Shown piece after piece: positions 48,095 to 60,721 of a stretch of 64,000 bases of DNA; the first letter of the stretch is position 1; each line of letters starts with the position of its first letter. Below the pieces are notes generated by a model that did not search any database, had not been told where the DNA came from, and saw nothing but the letters and a program-made list of their open reading frames with translations. The stretch is taken from NCBI GenBank assembly GCA_001179505.1, contig CDMY01001052.1, forward strand, positions 124,001 through 188,000, given 5' to 3'. The position numbers and the translations under genes were made by a program. This DNA is from Vitrella brassicaformis CCMP3155. Lineage: Eukaryota > Protista > Chromerida.

Positions 48095-50199
48095 GGGCAG
48101 GGGGAGGACCTCCTGTGTGGTTGATCGCATGACGTCATCAGAGTACATCCCGCCGAATCGTGTCGAGCAGGTGGAGGGACGGCCCTCGCCCTCACAGACC
48201 AACTTCCAGAACAGAATTCGCACCACTTCCACAGACAATGGCCACAATGGCAACAACGTCAACGGCTACGAGGGTGCGACACCTCCCCAGCAGCAGCGGC
48301 AGCGGCAGCAGCCGGCGAGCATCGGTGTGCAGATTGCGTTGAAGAGCGTGGCTATGGGCAACAAGGGCCCAGTGTCCACGGGGAGGGGCAAGACCACCGT
48401 CGCAGAAATCGTCGGCGGTGAGAGTCAAGAGGAAAGAAAAGCACAAAGGAGAGCGCGTGACTGACGCCATGCATGTGTTGCTGCCTCTGTGTGTGTGTGT
48501 GTGTGTGTGGTGCAGTGTACCCCTCCTCCCCTGCCGAGTCGTGTGGGCTGCGGATCGGCGACTGCATCGTCAGCATCGACAACACAGACGTGCCGAAATC
48601 GGTAGATGAGGTACGCGCGCACCTCTCCCCCTGGCCAGCACACGCAGGGCACCGATACGCGCATTCATTCACACAGGTTTATCGGAGGCTGGAGGGGCCC
48701 CAGGGCTCCGGCATCAAGCTGACCATCCAGCGGCAGCCCACACAGGCCGACATGACAGAGGTAGACACCGACATCTCTCTCGTCATGTCGGGCGGCGCCG
48801 GGGCGAGGGACGGCTCATACGAGCCCTGGAACCTGCCGCTGAAGGTGGATGTCGATCTGAGGCGAGACAACGGCGTCTTGCCGCCACTGGTGGCCGAGTG
48901 GGTCCCTCTGCAAAGGTATCAGGACGAGGAGAAGGGGTCTCTGAAACGGCTGTTGGGGGCCTGGGGTGCGAGAGAGCCGGGAGAAGGGGAAAGGATCGCA
49001 TACCTTAGGTAGGTACGTCGGATCAGTGACCACGACTTATGCGAATAAGTGTCCACCTACCGCACGGCATGGTTCGGTGGTGTGGGTCTGTCTGCAGGCT
49101 GCACTACTTCTCCAGGTCGACATTCAACAAGTTGCTGCCCGTCCTCGACGCATTTGAGCGGGGACAGGCTGTCGTCGACGGCAGGACGGGCGCATCCCTG
49201 TCGGAGCGCCAGACTTCAGCGAACAGCCCACCTCTCGGATGTAACACTCACTCATAGACAGAGAAAGAAGCGGTGCCATTCACCCACCAGCCGCCGATCC
49301 GTCGTTGTTGTTTGTGTCTCCCTGTGTGAGTGCAGACATCATCGATCTGCGCAACAACTACGGCGGTGTGTTTCAGGAGGCGATGCTCATCGCCTCCCTC
49401 TTCCTTGACGACCCCAACGCACCCACACCCACACCCACACCCAACCCCGCCCAGCAGCAGCAGCAAGGCCAGGAGACGGCGGCAGTGTCTACCAGGATGT
49501 TCGGTGGTGGTGGGCGTGTCACTGATGTGCCTGTGCTGTACTGGATGATCACCTCCTGGCCAAACAGGGAGTCGGGTAGCTATCTCACCAAACATACAGG
49601 TGCGGTGTGGTGCGCACGGGGGAAGACGACACGACACAAGAGAGAGAGAGGAACACTCCGTTATGAATGAGTGCTGTGGTGTCTGTCTGCCAGTCGATGA
49701 GTTCCACTTCGACAGGCGGTTTCCCAATGAGGTCGGCTCCATCCGCAACCTCAGGAGACCACCACCACCAACACCACCTACTGCCGAAGACGGCACGCTG
49801 CCGGCGGCCAGCCTGTCCCCTTCCCCTCCCTCTCCCTCTCCCTCCCGGCCTCCCCCAGTGGTTGTGCTGGTCAACCGAGGCACGGCGAGTGCCGCAGAGA
49901 TCTTCGCAGCCGCTCTGCGTGATAACGGACGCGCCGTGGTAGTGGGGGAGAGGACGTACGGGAAGAGCCTCATCCAGCATTTCTTCCCGCTGCCTGACGG
50001 TGGGGCGCTGAAGCTGACGATAGCGGAGTATCTCACTCCCAAGCGGCAGCACGTGTCGCCTTCCCGTCTCGGAAACCCTTATGGCGGAATTGCCCCTGAC
50101 CTGCTGTGTCTGGCGTCGCCTACGGGGGATCGAGGGGCGCCTATGGACGTCTGCACGCAGATGGCCGCTCTCAGGATTCTCAGATCGGAGAACCAGTGA
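46908..50199 (+). CDS. ctpA: Carboxyl-terminal processing protease (peptidase S41A, PDZ domain), plastid/thylakoid-targeted (multi-exon)
   Basis: Leader MKMLLLLLAIASLCIDTN|GA-FVPSWRP; IRDLLSFLQDPYT; PDZ SIGVQI..VYPSSPAESCGLRIGDCIVSID; IAYLR|LHYFS; IIDLRNNYGGVF; catalytic Ser in VLVNRGTASAAEIFAAALRDNGRA; catalytic Lys in GERTYGKSLIQ; GIAPD. Confidence 0.92.
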
Positions 50200-50698
50200 T
50201 CGAGAGGAATATGTGGGTGTATCTGATTGGGTGTGGTTGTGTGTGGGGGTGAATTGTTGTGTAGGCATACATATGGTGTTGTGGTTGTGGCTAGCCTTCC
50301 TTGTGAAAGTCCGTGTGTTTTGTCCCATGTGGCTGGCTGTACATAATTGAGAGAGACAGACAGACAGACATGATGCTATGCAGAGCTGGCTGGGCTGGGT
50401 AGGGCAGAGGCAGGCACGACTTTTTGCCACTCACTCACTCACTCAGTCACTGGTCTGTCTGACCCCCTAACGAAGGTTTTGACCAGCAGCTGGTGAGGAA
50501 CTGACCGTGTGGATGGCGATGGATCGACTCACTCGACGAATGGATAGATCGGTCGAGCTCTCGTGTCATCCACACACACCGACGCATATCGACAGTTAGT
50601 TCGTGCTATCACCAATCGACTTGACAGGCAGCTGACTGACAGGGGCGCGCCCCTCACACACACATGTATGCTATGCAGCACAGAGTGAGTCCATGGAC

Positions 50699-51412
50699 TC
50701 ACTTCCTCCCCAGCAGCTTCCTCCGCTTTATCTTTGACAGGGGCCGGATGAGCGGATCCGTCATCGACACCTATACACAATGGTTTGAACCGACCAGCAC
50801 AGATACACACGCACAGTTGCAAAGTGTGTGCCCCGCCTTGTGTTTGTCTGTGTGGGTGTGGTGTGGTGTGCGCACCCGCTGCTCCTTGTTCTTGAAGGGC
50901 TTCCTGCGCGGGGTGAAGTCGGCATTCAGGGCTGCACACACACACACACACACACACATGGATGGGGAGCATGTCGGTCGGCTGAGTCATATGAGTCTGT
51001 CTAAGCAAGTCTGACACGTACTTACGTCCGAGAGGCTGCAGCACCTGCAGCTGCTGGTCCACCTTCCAAAGCAGCTCCTTGTCCCTGTTAGTTCGGTCCA
51101 CACACACGCATGCCATGCACACGTGCGTGCGCGGCAACGAATTCATATGTATGTCGACTGACTGAATGACCGGAAGTGCATGGCGTGGTAGAGCTGCTTG
51201 AGGACTTTCAGCTCAGCGTACTCGAGCTCGTCGATGGCCTGCTGGTAGGCCTTGGACAGGTCGGCGAACAGCGGCACGTCACGCACCTTCTGCCAACCAT
51301 ACGCCCACCCAATGCGAACCTGACATACACACACACAGCCAACCGGCCAGATCGATGGAGGGATACAGGCACATGTGTGTCTGTGTGTGTGCCCTGTGGA
51401 TGTCATGTTGTC

Positions 51413-51446
<34 letters not shown>

Positions 51447-52185
51447 ACGAGCTCCTTCGGAGTGAATGCTCCGTAAGGCTCCTTCTGGATCCTCTCGCGA
51501 ACTGCCATGCATGCCACACGTCACACATGTGTGTCGAGAGTGACAGCCACCTCCCTCCATCCCTTCCTTCCCTCATGTGCATACTTCCATCCCTTCCTTC
51601 CCTCATTATGGTGCATACATACTTACTTTTAGGTGCGAGTTGTTCGTAGAGCTCCCTCCCCTCCCTGTAGTTGAGCTTGGCCAGGCTGAACACCGCCCTG
51701 TACACCATCCACCGGCTCATCTCGCCCGCCCGCCCCCTCAGCCGTCGCACAAGCTCATCCAGCACCGCCCTGTGGTCTCCCTTCGGATGCAGCACTGCCA
51801 GGCCCCATATCACCGTCACATGATCACCCACAGTCATGCCCTCGTCCATCCTCTTGCAGTAGAACGGCAGCACCCGCATGAACGTGTTGGCGCACTTGAG
51901 CTCGATGAAGCGGGTCAGCAACAGCCGTGTGGTGGCCGCGTCTTGGGTGGTCTCGAGGCAGCTGATGACTCTGTCCGTCAAGGCTGCGTAGTGAGGCCCG
52001 GCTTTCTTGACGTTGCCGGCCCTGATGAGCTTGCGCAGGAAGAGGTCGGCATCTGTGGCTGTGAAGGTCAGCTTGGAGTTGGCGGCCACCTCCAAGATCT
52101 CGCGGGCGCTCAGCGGTGCTGCCAGAGCTGTGGCGAAGACCGACTTGGATGGGAGGCGAGAGAAGATCAGTCGAGATCGATTCAT
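50699..52185 (-). CDS. Helical-repeat (HPR/OPR-like) protein, probably a mitochondrial RNA-binding protein (multi-exon)
   Basis: Presequence MNRSRLIFSRLPSKSVFATALA; 37-39-aa repeats MTVGDHVTVIWGLAVL.., MSRWMVYRAVFSLAKLNYR.., FTPKELV|RIGWAYGWQKVRDVPLFADL; basic tail ending KIKRRKLLGRK* (TGA 50699-50701). Confidence 0.65.
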
Positions 52186-52315
52186 CCCGTGGCGAGAGCA
52201 TCACCAGCGCGTGCCATTCGTGGAAGATGACTTCTTCGTTGTGAGTCAAGAAAGGCGAGCTTTTGCAGGCTCCCGCACCTCGAGGACCTATTGCCCCCCG
52301 GCCTCGTTGCAGGCG

Positions 52316-55300
52316 ATGAAGTACCGTGCCAAAGCTAGCGACGGCGACGACGCTCCGAAGCCCAACGACAGCATGGAGGTAGCCCCACTGAACAAGCCAG
52401 AAGATGCCTCTTTGATTCCGGTGGTTCTTGCATGTGTTCAGGTTGACTCTCCCCCTCAGGCCACCCCTGTCGCAGCATTCTTCCCACCAGACGAGCACCA
52501 ACCTGCCCCGGCCGACCCCGCACATGGTTTCCACTCAGTCGACGTGCCACCTGTCGGACAGGCCCTGGCAGCACAATCTGATGCAGCCTACATCGACCTC
52601 CAGATGGAGTCAGCAAACGCCGAGAATGCGGGTGACGGAGGGGGCGCTAAAGAAGCCATGAAAGACAGGGGCGTGGTGTTGGCGGGGACGGGGGAGGAGG
52701 GGGAGACTCTCGAGCTTGAAGAGAGGAACATCTACACGTGGATGGCTTGCGCGTCGTTCCAGGACATGAAGCGCCATCCTGTGACCATGTTTCTGTGCCT
52801 TTGTGTCTCATTTGTTCAAATCGCGGGTATCAACGTTGATGTACCACATTCTTGTGCGGATGGTGTGTTTTGCTCGTCTGTGCGTTCAAGGGCCGCTTTT
52901 GCTGCTGTATACTGGTGTGTCGGCGCTTGACTTCAAGAGCTGGGATTTTTTCATCTCAAAGACGTCCTTCAACAATATATCGACGAAAGTGATAGCGATC
53001 TTCTTCGTCTTGCTCTTCAATATCAACGCCGTCATTGTGAGACACAGCAGATTGTCTTTGGGGCAGATCGCTCATTCCTTCCTTCCTTCCTGTCGTTTCT
53101 GTAAGGTCTCCCGCACTTTCCAGCGGGACGCTTTTCTGCTGATTGCCATCCCGGGAGTGCTCAAGAGTGACTTCTTCTTCGCACTCGGGAACTTCTCTAA
53201 CTCTCTTTGCGTGTTGCTGTGCTGCGCGTCGCTCCCCCTGATTTTTTGGCGATCTGAAGGGGTTCAGGATGTGGTGTTCGACGCCCTTGGGACCATATTC
53301 TTGTTTAATCTCGTGAGCAGAGATCTCTTGATGTACTGTCGTCAATGTGCGAAGAGACACGTTTGTCTGTTTATGTGTCAGGACAATGTGGGCGGTGATC
53401 TTGGCCTAATCAGCGAGGGGCAATGGGACGAGGTCTTTGCATCTGTGCGCAAGAAGACAGAGGCATTTCAGAGAGACATGGACCACCAGCCCCAACGCAA
53501 AAAAGAACGATCATTCCGGAACTTTTTTCGTCGCCTCAAGATGGCGCTGCACTCCGAGGACCCAGAGCAGATGAAAGAAAAAGTACCGAAAAGATACCAC
53601 TGGTATGTGCGATACAAACAAAGACATAATGAGTTCGTCTCTCATGCCTGTGTCTCTTTGAAGGGTGCCCATCTATTACTATCTACTGCGGTGGGTCCTT
53701 AAAATCCTGATGGTTGCGCTGCCGCTTGTGTTTGCACTGTCGGCGTTTCCTCAGGAGGGCAGTATCTCGCTGGTCGACCCCGTGTGGATGGACGCCACAC
53801 GCGCCACCGACATCACCATTCTCTCATCCGATTTGAAAGAGGATATTACCAGCGTGCGAGCCATCTCGTCCGAGAGCTATGGTGGCAAGGCGTGGGAACT
53901 GAGCTGCAAGATTAAGAATGCCGGCTCCAATGGGGTTGTGTGCACATTTCCTGCTCTCCGGGGTACCGACGCCACTAGTGAAAAAGCGGAGCAGCTGGGT
54001 ACCTTGATGAACAGAAACACGCTGCCGACCCTCAGTTTCAACATTCGGGTACGTTGGATGAAGGCGGCCGACAAGGCCTTTCGTCACTGTCCCTTGTGTC
54101 TCCTTTGGTGTCTGTCTGCATTAGATAGAGGCCGAGAATCGCAACTTCGCCGAGCTCGAGAAGATCTTTCACGTATACCTATCAGGTCGGCAGCCATGTC
54201 TAGTCGTTGCCTTTTCACTTCCACTATACCTGTCTCTCTCCAGGTCATTTCCTGGGTATTCAGCCCTCCTTTGCGCAGCTGAACACCAGTGCGGAGTTCG
54301 ACAGCAGCGATGAGTTTTACACGGACCGGCAAGTCACTGTCACCACCAGTGACATGGGGGATGTCATCAGCAAGGTGTCGATCGGCGAGCGAGACTGCAG
54401 GTAAGGGACACACGTAGGTACGATGACAGAAGTGCTTCCATGCTTTCATTCATGCACTCACTGCCCTGTAAACGACTCGGTGCAGGCTGGTCTCGCCCGA
54501 CGTGTTCACCGCCACCAACACACAGGTGCGGTGCAATGTGGCTGCCATCACCTCGGCCAACACGGTTGAGAGCCGCGATGTTACCGTGACCGCTGCCAAC
54601 GGCAACATGGCTGTCGGGCAGAGTGCGTTCTCATACTTCAGCGAAGGTATGAGACATACAAACATGCTCTCGCCGTATGTGGATCGCCGCTCTATATGCA
54701 TCTGTAGCTGCGGTTTTTTTCCGCGCATTGCCATATCCTGCTCTGATGGGCGAGCAGCTAGGCATTCAAGTCAACAAATTCGATGACGGTGACAGAGCGC
54801 ACACAGCCCCCAGCACAACCAACGCCTCCCGATATGTGTGCTCTCAGATGGCTATGCCAATATGGTCGGCATCCGCTTTTACGAACGCTTTACACCCCAG
54901 AATGACCTGACCTGTGACAACGATGTGTCAATCTACGCGGAGAACGACGAGAGCTACTCAACCACATACTGCCAAATCCCTGACGTCACAGAAGTGGACA
55001 CATGTAGGCCCACATGTATAATCAATGAAATGGTGGTCAACCTTGCTGTCCTTTGTCACTTTCTCGGTGCAGACTGCGAGCAAGCCGGTCTTCTTTTCAA
55101 CATCAACAGGCAACTCGACTTCACCATTCGCGTCACACTCAACCAGGGCCGTGCAACCCCCGACGCCAGCAACCCTACGCCCCCTCTGGCCACCGCCCAG
55201 CCATCTGCTCTGCTGTCCTACCTGTGTGTACCGCCGAATGGCACTGACACAGGGGGCAGCGTCGTGGAGGCTACATTGGGGGTGTTCTTCAGAGACACGA

Positions 55301-56239
55301 GCGAAGAGAGACTCCAGCTCTCACACATGGAGGTAACAGAGAGATGTCCAATCTCCATGTGTGAGACGGTGCCCTTGTGCAGATGGTGGTCTCCTTGGTG
55401 AAGACATTGGAGTACTGGTACAATATTAGCGGCCGCGTCCGCCTCTACCACACCGACATCGACAATCTCAATGTGTGGTTCATCTTCGAAATATTGTGAG
55501 CTGTCATATCTCGATAATATTTCGTATTGTGAATATTTCAATGTCATGTACCCATTCAGTGAGCCAATGATGGACTACACAGTGGCCAGCTCAAGGAGAC
55601 GGAGACGCATGCAACAACAACAGCAAACACAACCACCACAGCAGCAACAGCCAAACACGTCTCCACCAAACACCTCTCCCCCTTCCCCCATCCCCGCCAA
55701 CACTGCTGACGACCCCCCGCCTCACAACGGGACTGAGCACGATCACAGCGGACCAGGTCATGCCACCGAGGCACCGCCGAACAGCAATGGTGGCCGGGAG
55801 ACAGGGCAACGACAGCCGGCCACCCAGCCGGACACAACGCAGACGGCTGCACCGCCTCAAGTGCCTGGCGGGGGCAGCGGAACCAACCTCACATCCAACA
55901 ACACCCGGCCGGGACTAGACAAGGTCAGCCGAGCCGTGAACGAGAGGAGGTCCGATCATGTGCGTCTTTGTTGAGCAGGATCGCGAACCAGAAGACCCTG
56001 GGGACCTTGCTAAGTCAGAAGAGGAAATTTTCGACGCCGTAGCAGACGCAGGATTGCTCGACACCTTCGATCTCGCGTGGGTCAATTCGTCAATGGTGAT
56101 GCAGAAGCTGTGGGTGGACATGCTGACGCAGAAAAGTCCCATTCTCTCCCACTTCTCCCTCAAGTTTGGGGGCATCTCTCCCGTACTGTGCTGTAGCAAC
56201 AACTGTCCTTCTGCCGTTATGGAGAAGCCGTGCAGCTAA
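52316..56239 (+). CDS. Uncharacterised membrane protein: N-terminal multipass bundle plus large C-terminal region with IPT/TIG-like Ig folds (multi-exon)
   Basis: About 5 hydrophobic segments (VTMFLCLCVSFVQIAG, KVIAIFFVLLFNINAVI, LCVLLCCASLPLIFW, DVVFDALGTIFLFNL, WVLKILMVALPLVFAL); IPT-like VISKVSIGERDC|..ATNTQVRCNVAAITSANTVESRDVTVTAANGNMAVGQSAFSY; many N-x-S/T sites; Q/P/T-rich linker. Confidence 0.65.
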
Positions 56240-56632
56240 GATTGAGCGCCTTGATGAGTCTCTCGTCTTCTGGCCTTTCTTTCATGTGTGCTGCAGCTGT
56301 CTTCTTTGTCCGGCATTTTGACGAATGCATGTATTCATTAGTAGACCGACCTTGGTCGACTCAGTGGGGTCTCTTATATGATGTCTGTCGATGGATGAAT
56401 ATCAATGGCCTTGCCTTCATCGCTGCACACAAGACATACCGAGCTGGTGAGGACCTTATTCCCTTGGCCGTGCAACCCCAAACCCGATACTGATCACACG
56501 CTGGTCATCTTAGGTACCTAGACCACACGCAGCAGCTCACACCCATGGACGAGAAAACGGAGCAATGCACTTTGCCCTCTCCCTTCCCTTCCTTCTCTTC
56601 TCTCAATGTTCATCTCTGTGGCGAGCGTCACG

Positions 56633-57654
56633 TCACTCCTGCTCCTGTCTCTTCATCTCGTCCTCCTCTAAGAAATGCATGGCACACAGAAAGAAGAGAA
56701 GGATGTACGGATGGCGTAACAAGGCAGCAAAGCACGTAAGCGTACCTGGCGAGCACGGCACCCACTCGTATTCGTCGAGGCTCGGCTGCTTCCCCTGGCA
56801 GGAGCAGCAAAACACCGTCCATAGCCCCACAAGACACGTTACCCAGCCAGCCTTGTCTCCCGAGTGTGCGGCATAGCGCCATGTTTCCTCCTTCTGTTGC
56901 TCCTTCTGTTGCTCTTTTGGTGGTGCTTTCTGTGGCTCCTTCCCTTCGCCGAGCTCGCGAGCGGACGAGGCAGAAGACGTGTCCCGGGTGGAGGCGGAAG
57001 GCGGGTCCTGCTCGTCCTGATGAGCCGTCTCGAGCTGTCGCTCACGGCGCTTGGCCTCGGCCTGTAGAAAGGACGGGCGACGTCATGTCTCTGCTGTTGG
57101 CTGTGCCCTGACGGTGTTCGTACCCTCTTTTTCTTCTCACGGAACGACGCCTTCGACTTGTCGCTCATCCAGCGAGTGCTCACATAGTCGCAGCTAGCAG
57201 AGTGAGGATCTCTGCAAGAGACAGAGACAGACAGGGAACGACCCTTACATGCGGACATCTGGTAAGAGCCCCACAGTGCCTGCATTGTAGCCATACCGGA
57301 AGTGCCAGCCCGGAGTCGCACCGTGCTCACCGGCCTCCCATTTCACATCAGTCCAGCTGCGGGAGAGCTGCACCGTGCCTTTGGTGTTGTATGTCATCGG
57401 GTACTCAGACCGATTCTTTATCCGGCGATCAACAAACCTTTTCGCGTCCTGCAGGACACGCCACGCCACACGATACATGCATAGACGATGCTTTTCGATG
57501 GGGTAAGGATGTCTGCCTGCCAGTGGGCCTCTTTTCTTACCTGGGGCGACATGGTCTCCGCACAGATGACCTGGGCCTTTTCCCTCTTGTCTTCTTTGGC
57601 TGACTCCTTCGGTGAGCCCTTCTGACAGGGCAACTGGCAGCGCTGAAACGCCAT
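56633..57654 (-). CDS. Hypothetical protein (about 5-6 exons)
   Basis: Spliceable frame MAFQRCQLP..MSPQ|DAKRFVDRRIKNRSEYPMTYNTKGTVQLSRSWTDVKWEAGEHGATPGWHFRYGYNAGTVGLLPDVR|IDPHSASCDYVSTRWMSDK..KKKR|AEAKRRERQLE..|EEDEMKRQEQE*. Confidence 0.55.
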
Positions 57655-57861
57655 CCGTACCAGCCAGCCCTCTTAGTTTCCAGGAGCTTTCTTCCGTCGA
57701 CGCTGTATCTCAGACTGGCGAAGCCGAACAGGACAAGCTGTCAGCTAAAGAGCGAATTGAACTTCCGACAAACGCTGAGCTTCTGCGAGTGAAGTTTGAT
57801 TCGTGGCTTTTCCGTCTCCCCCCACACGACCCCCACATTGAGACGCCTAAGCTCGCAGCCG

Positions 57862-60333
57862 ATGGGAGATGCAGAGAGAGACCACCGCCCTAAGGCTCAC
57901 ACTGGTACGAATAGCCAATTCAAACAGGAACACGCTGGGCCTCTTCAAATTGCCTCTGGTGGTTCAACTTGACAATGTCTGTCGGTGCAGGACAGGAAGA
58001 TCAGGACGAAGCAGAGATTGCAAAGGCTGGGGAGGCCCTGCGTGACACCGATGACCTGCTTTCACGGCTCAGAGAAGGTATACACACGGCCCCCTCTTAA
58101 TCATCAGTGGTGAGTGTTCGTGTGTTTGTGTTCAGCGACTAGGGACGTTCGGCGGCGCCTCTCGTAAGTGCCCGCCCCGCTGCTAGTGTCCTGCACGTTG
58201 TCTGAAAGTGAAGTGAAGCTCTTGTGCGGTGCGGATCATGCCCGACAAGTCTCTGCAGCAGGTCATTGATTTCTGGGCTTCCCTTCTGTATGTCCAAAGG
58301 GAGGACCCCCTCGATGAGCACGACACGGGGGGCCTGCTGCCCGCCATCCAGGCCCCTTCGGTGCACCACCCGCCACCGGTGGCAGCATCACCACAGAAGG
58401 CGACAGATTACAGGGAGTAAGCAAGGGAGGAGTGGACAGATGGCTCTCAGGGGAGACATGGAGCGTTTTGTTGTCAGCCTGTACAGTGTTCAGCAGAGCG
58501 TGTCGGCGTCTCTGCACCAGGGCCTGCCTTCGCTCACTGATCGGCACCGTCGAGGATCGGAGTATTTGTCGAAGCTTCAGGCGGCCAACGTGCAGCTCAA
58601 GCAGCAGCTGAAAGACATGTGCGAGCAGGTGGATGCCGTCCTCACACATGTACGCGGCCACAAAGTGGGAAAAAGACAAGGGAGAAGGCTCACTTGGCGA
58701 GGGTTCAGATAAGCAAGACCGCCAAGGACTCACGAGAGGAGGCTGTGACGCGGGCACTGAGAGGTGAGGAGGGGAGACGGAGACATAATATTGATCAGTG
58801 GGCGAGACACACACCACGTTTGGTGTGTCATCATATCATGCATCAGCCAAGGATGAGGAGCTTCGCAACGCCCACAAGCGTCTGGAGATCTACAGGCGTG
58901 ACATCGCGGCACTCAAACGACAGCTCGACGAGAACGGCAACATCGAGCGGGTAACTAACTATTCACAGGACAGGTGGGATCTTTCGATGTACTCGCATGG
59001 ATGGATGCAGGTGCTGGCCCTTGAGAGTGAGGTCAAGCAGAGAGAAAGGCAGCTGGAGCAGCTCATGGTAGGCAGGCAGACACCCAGGCGAGTCAGCCAC
59101 CATGGACACTCCCACTTCCCTGCCTGCCTGCCTGCCTGTAGAGGGACAACAAGGGTCTGCAGCGCGTCCAGCGTCAGCAGGAAAGAGCGCTTGCCGACGC
59201 AGCACACGCCAACGCAGAGATCCCCACAAGGGTCAGCCGCCCGGACAGCCAGCCACACCACGTCGATCGCCTTGTCCCTCCCTGCTGTATATCTATCCAT
59301 AGATTCGGCAGCTGAATGAGGAGCTGCGTCGGTTGAAGGTGGAGAACCACGCCTTGAAGGCCAAGCAGCAGGAAATGGAGCAGGCGGCCAAGAAGCAGCA
59401 CGGCCAGTGCATCGACCTGGAAGGAAAACTCAGGTCGGTGCACAGCACATGAGGCAGGTCACCCACGCACGCACGCACGCACGCACGAGTGAGCACGCAC
59501 GTGTGATGATTGGATGACAGGAAGTACACACTTCTTCTGAAAGGCAAGATCGATGTGACTGACTTGCAGTCGCACAAAGCCAAGTCGCCGCCGCCTCATG
59601 TAAGTCAGTGAGCACCATGCGTTCCCCCCGTTTCAGACAATCGCCGTTTTATCCATTCAGGAAGTGCCGTCAGAGGAGCTTGAGCGGCTGTCACGGGATC
59701 TGCAGACCGTCAGAGAGGCACGATCGAGGGACGAAGCCAAAAATAAACGGGCGGTGAGCTGGAAAGGCGAACAATCCGACGCATTGCACGTGACTCGCCT
59801 CGTTCTGTCAGATGCGCGTGCAGGAGGCGGAGCTTAAGGTGCTGCACGGGCAGATTGAGGAGCTCGACGCACAGCTGAGAGCCAAAGACAATGTGAGCCA
59901 CTCAAGGGTAGCCGCCTACACACAAGTGTCCAAACACGCCATTGCAGGAGTATCGGATGAACCAAGTGAAGCTGAACGAGATGAGGCGGCTCCTTCGGCA
60001 GCACAACGTCCGAGGCGCGCACGTGTTGGTGCCGTCAACGGGCGCCGCGCCACCCAGCGCTCCGCCGCTCCCGCAAGAGGGAGAGGAAGAGGTGCTGCGG
60101 GCGGCACTGGTGGAGAAGGAGCATAGCAAGCCATCAGGTGAGTGTGAATAAGAGCGGGAGACACGGACACCGGGAGTGATGGATGTCTCGGTGTTTTCCC
60201 TGTCGGTTGTCAGTGGCCCCTCCTTCGATGCCAGCAGTCCAGCAGAGTGTGGACATATGGCGGATGCAGGTTGGTGGATGCTGGGGAAGGGAGACAAGAC
60301 GCTCGGATGGATGAAAAACGACGGTGTCAGTCC

Positions 60334-60366
<33 letters not shown>

Positions 60367-60460
60367 TGTGTGTACGGTTCGATACATACAGAATGACCAC
60401 CTTCATGTACAGCAGAGCTACGAGCAAGAGGATTTTGAGGACTACGACGACATGGACTGA
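57862..60460 (+). CDS. Coiled-coil protein with lebercilin (LCA5)-like domain, probably flagellar (multi-exon)
   Basis: MGDAERDHRPKAHT|G..; EYLSKLQAANVQLKQQL; AHKRLEIYRRDIAALKRQL; LM|RDNKGLQRVQRQQERALAD..|IRQLNEELRRLKVEN resembles the lebercilin pattern EN-K-x-L-x-x-L-Q-x-RQ-E-K-AL; ends EDYDDMD*. Confidence 0.6.
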
Positions 60461-60721
60461 CTGACGGGGGTATAGATGGATGGATGGATGGATGGATGTA
60501 TATGTAGCGGGTGGACGGGACGGAAGCGAGAAATTGTGACAGACTCGATGGACGGCATTGCCTGTCTGGCAGTGGTGCAGTGCATGTGTGTGACGCCCGA
60601 CAGACACATTTCACTCATAACCATCATGGCATGGCGGAAGAAGAGTCGTATATATAGAAAGAGCATGGAACAGACAGACACCCACCCATGCGGCACGTAT
60701 AAATATACAGACAGACATGTG

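Noticed and set aside
57612-57893. 93-aa + strand ORF overlapping the start of the minus-strand hypothetical
   Set aside because: It starts at GTG; the ATG at 57862 in another frame splices cleanly into the lebercilin-like gene.
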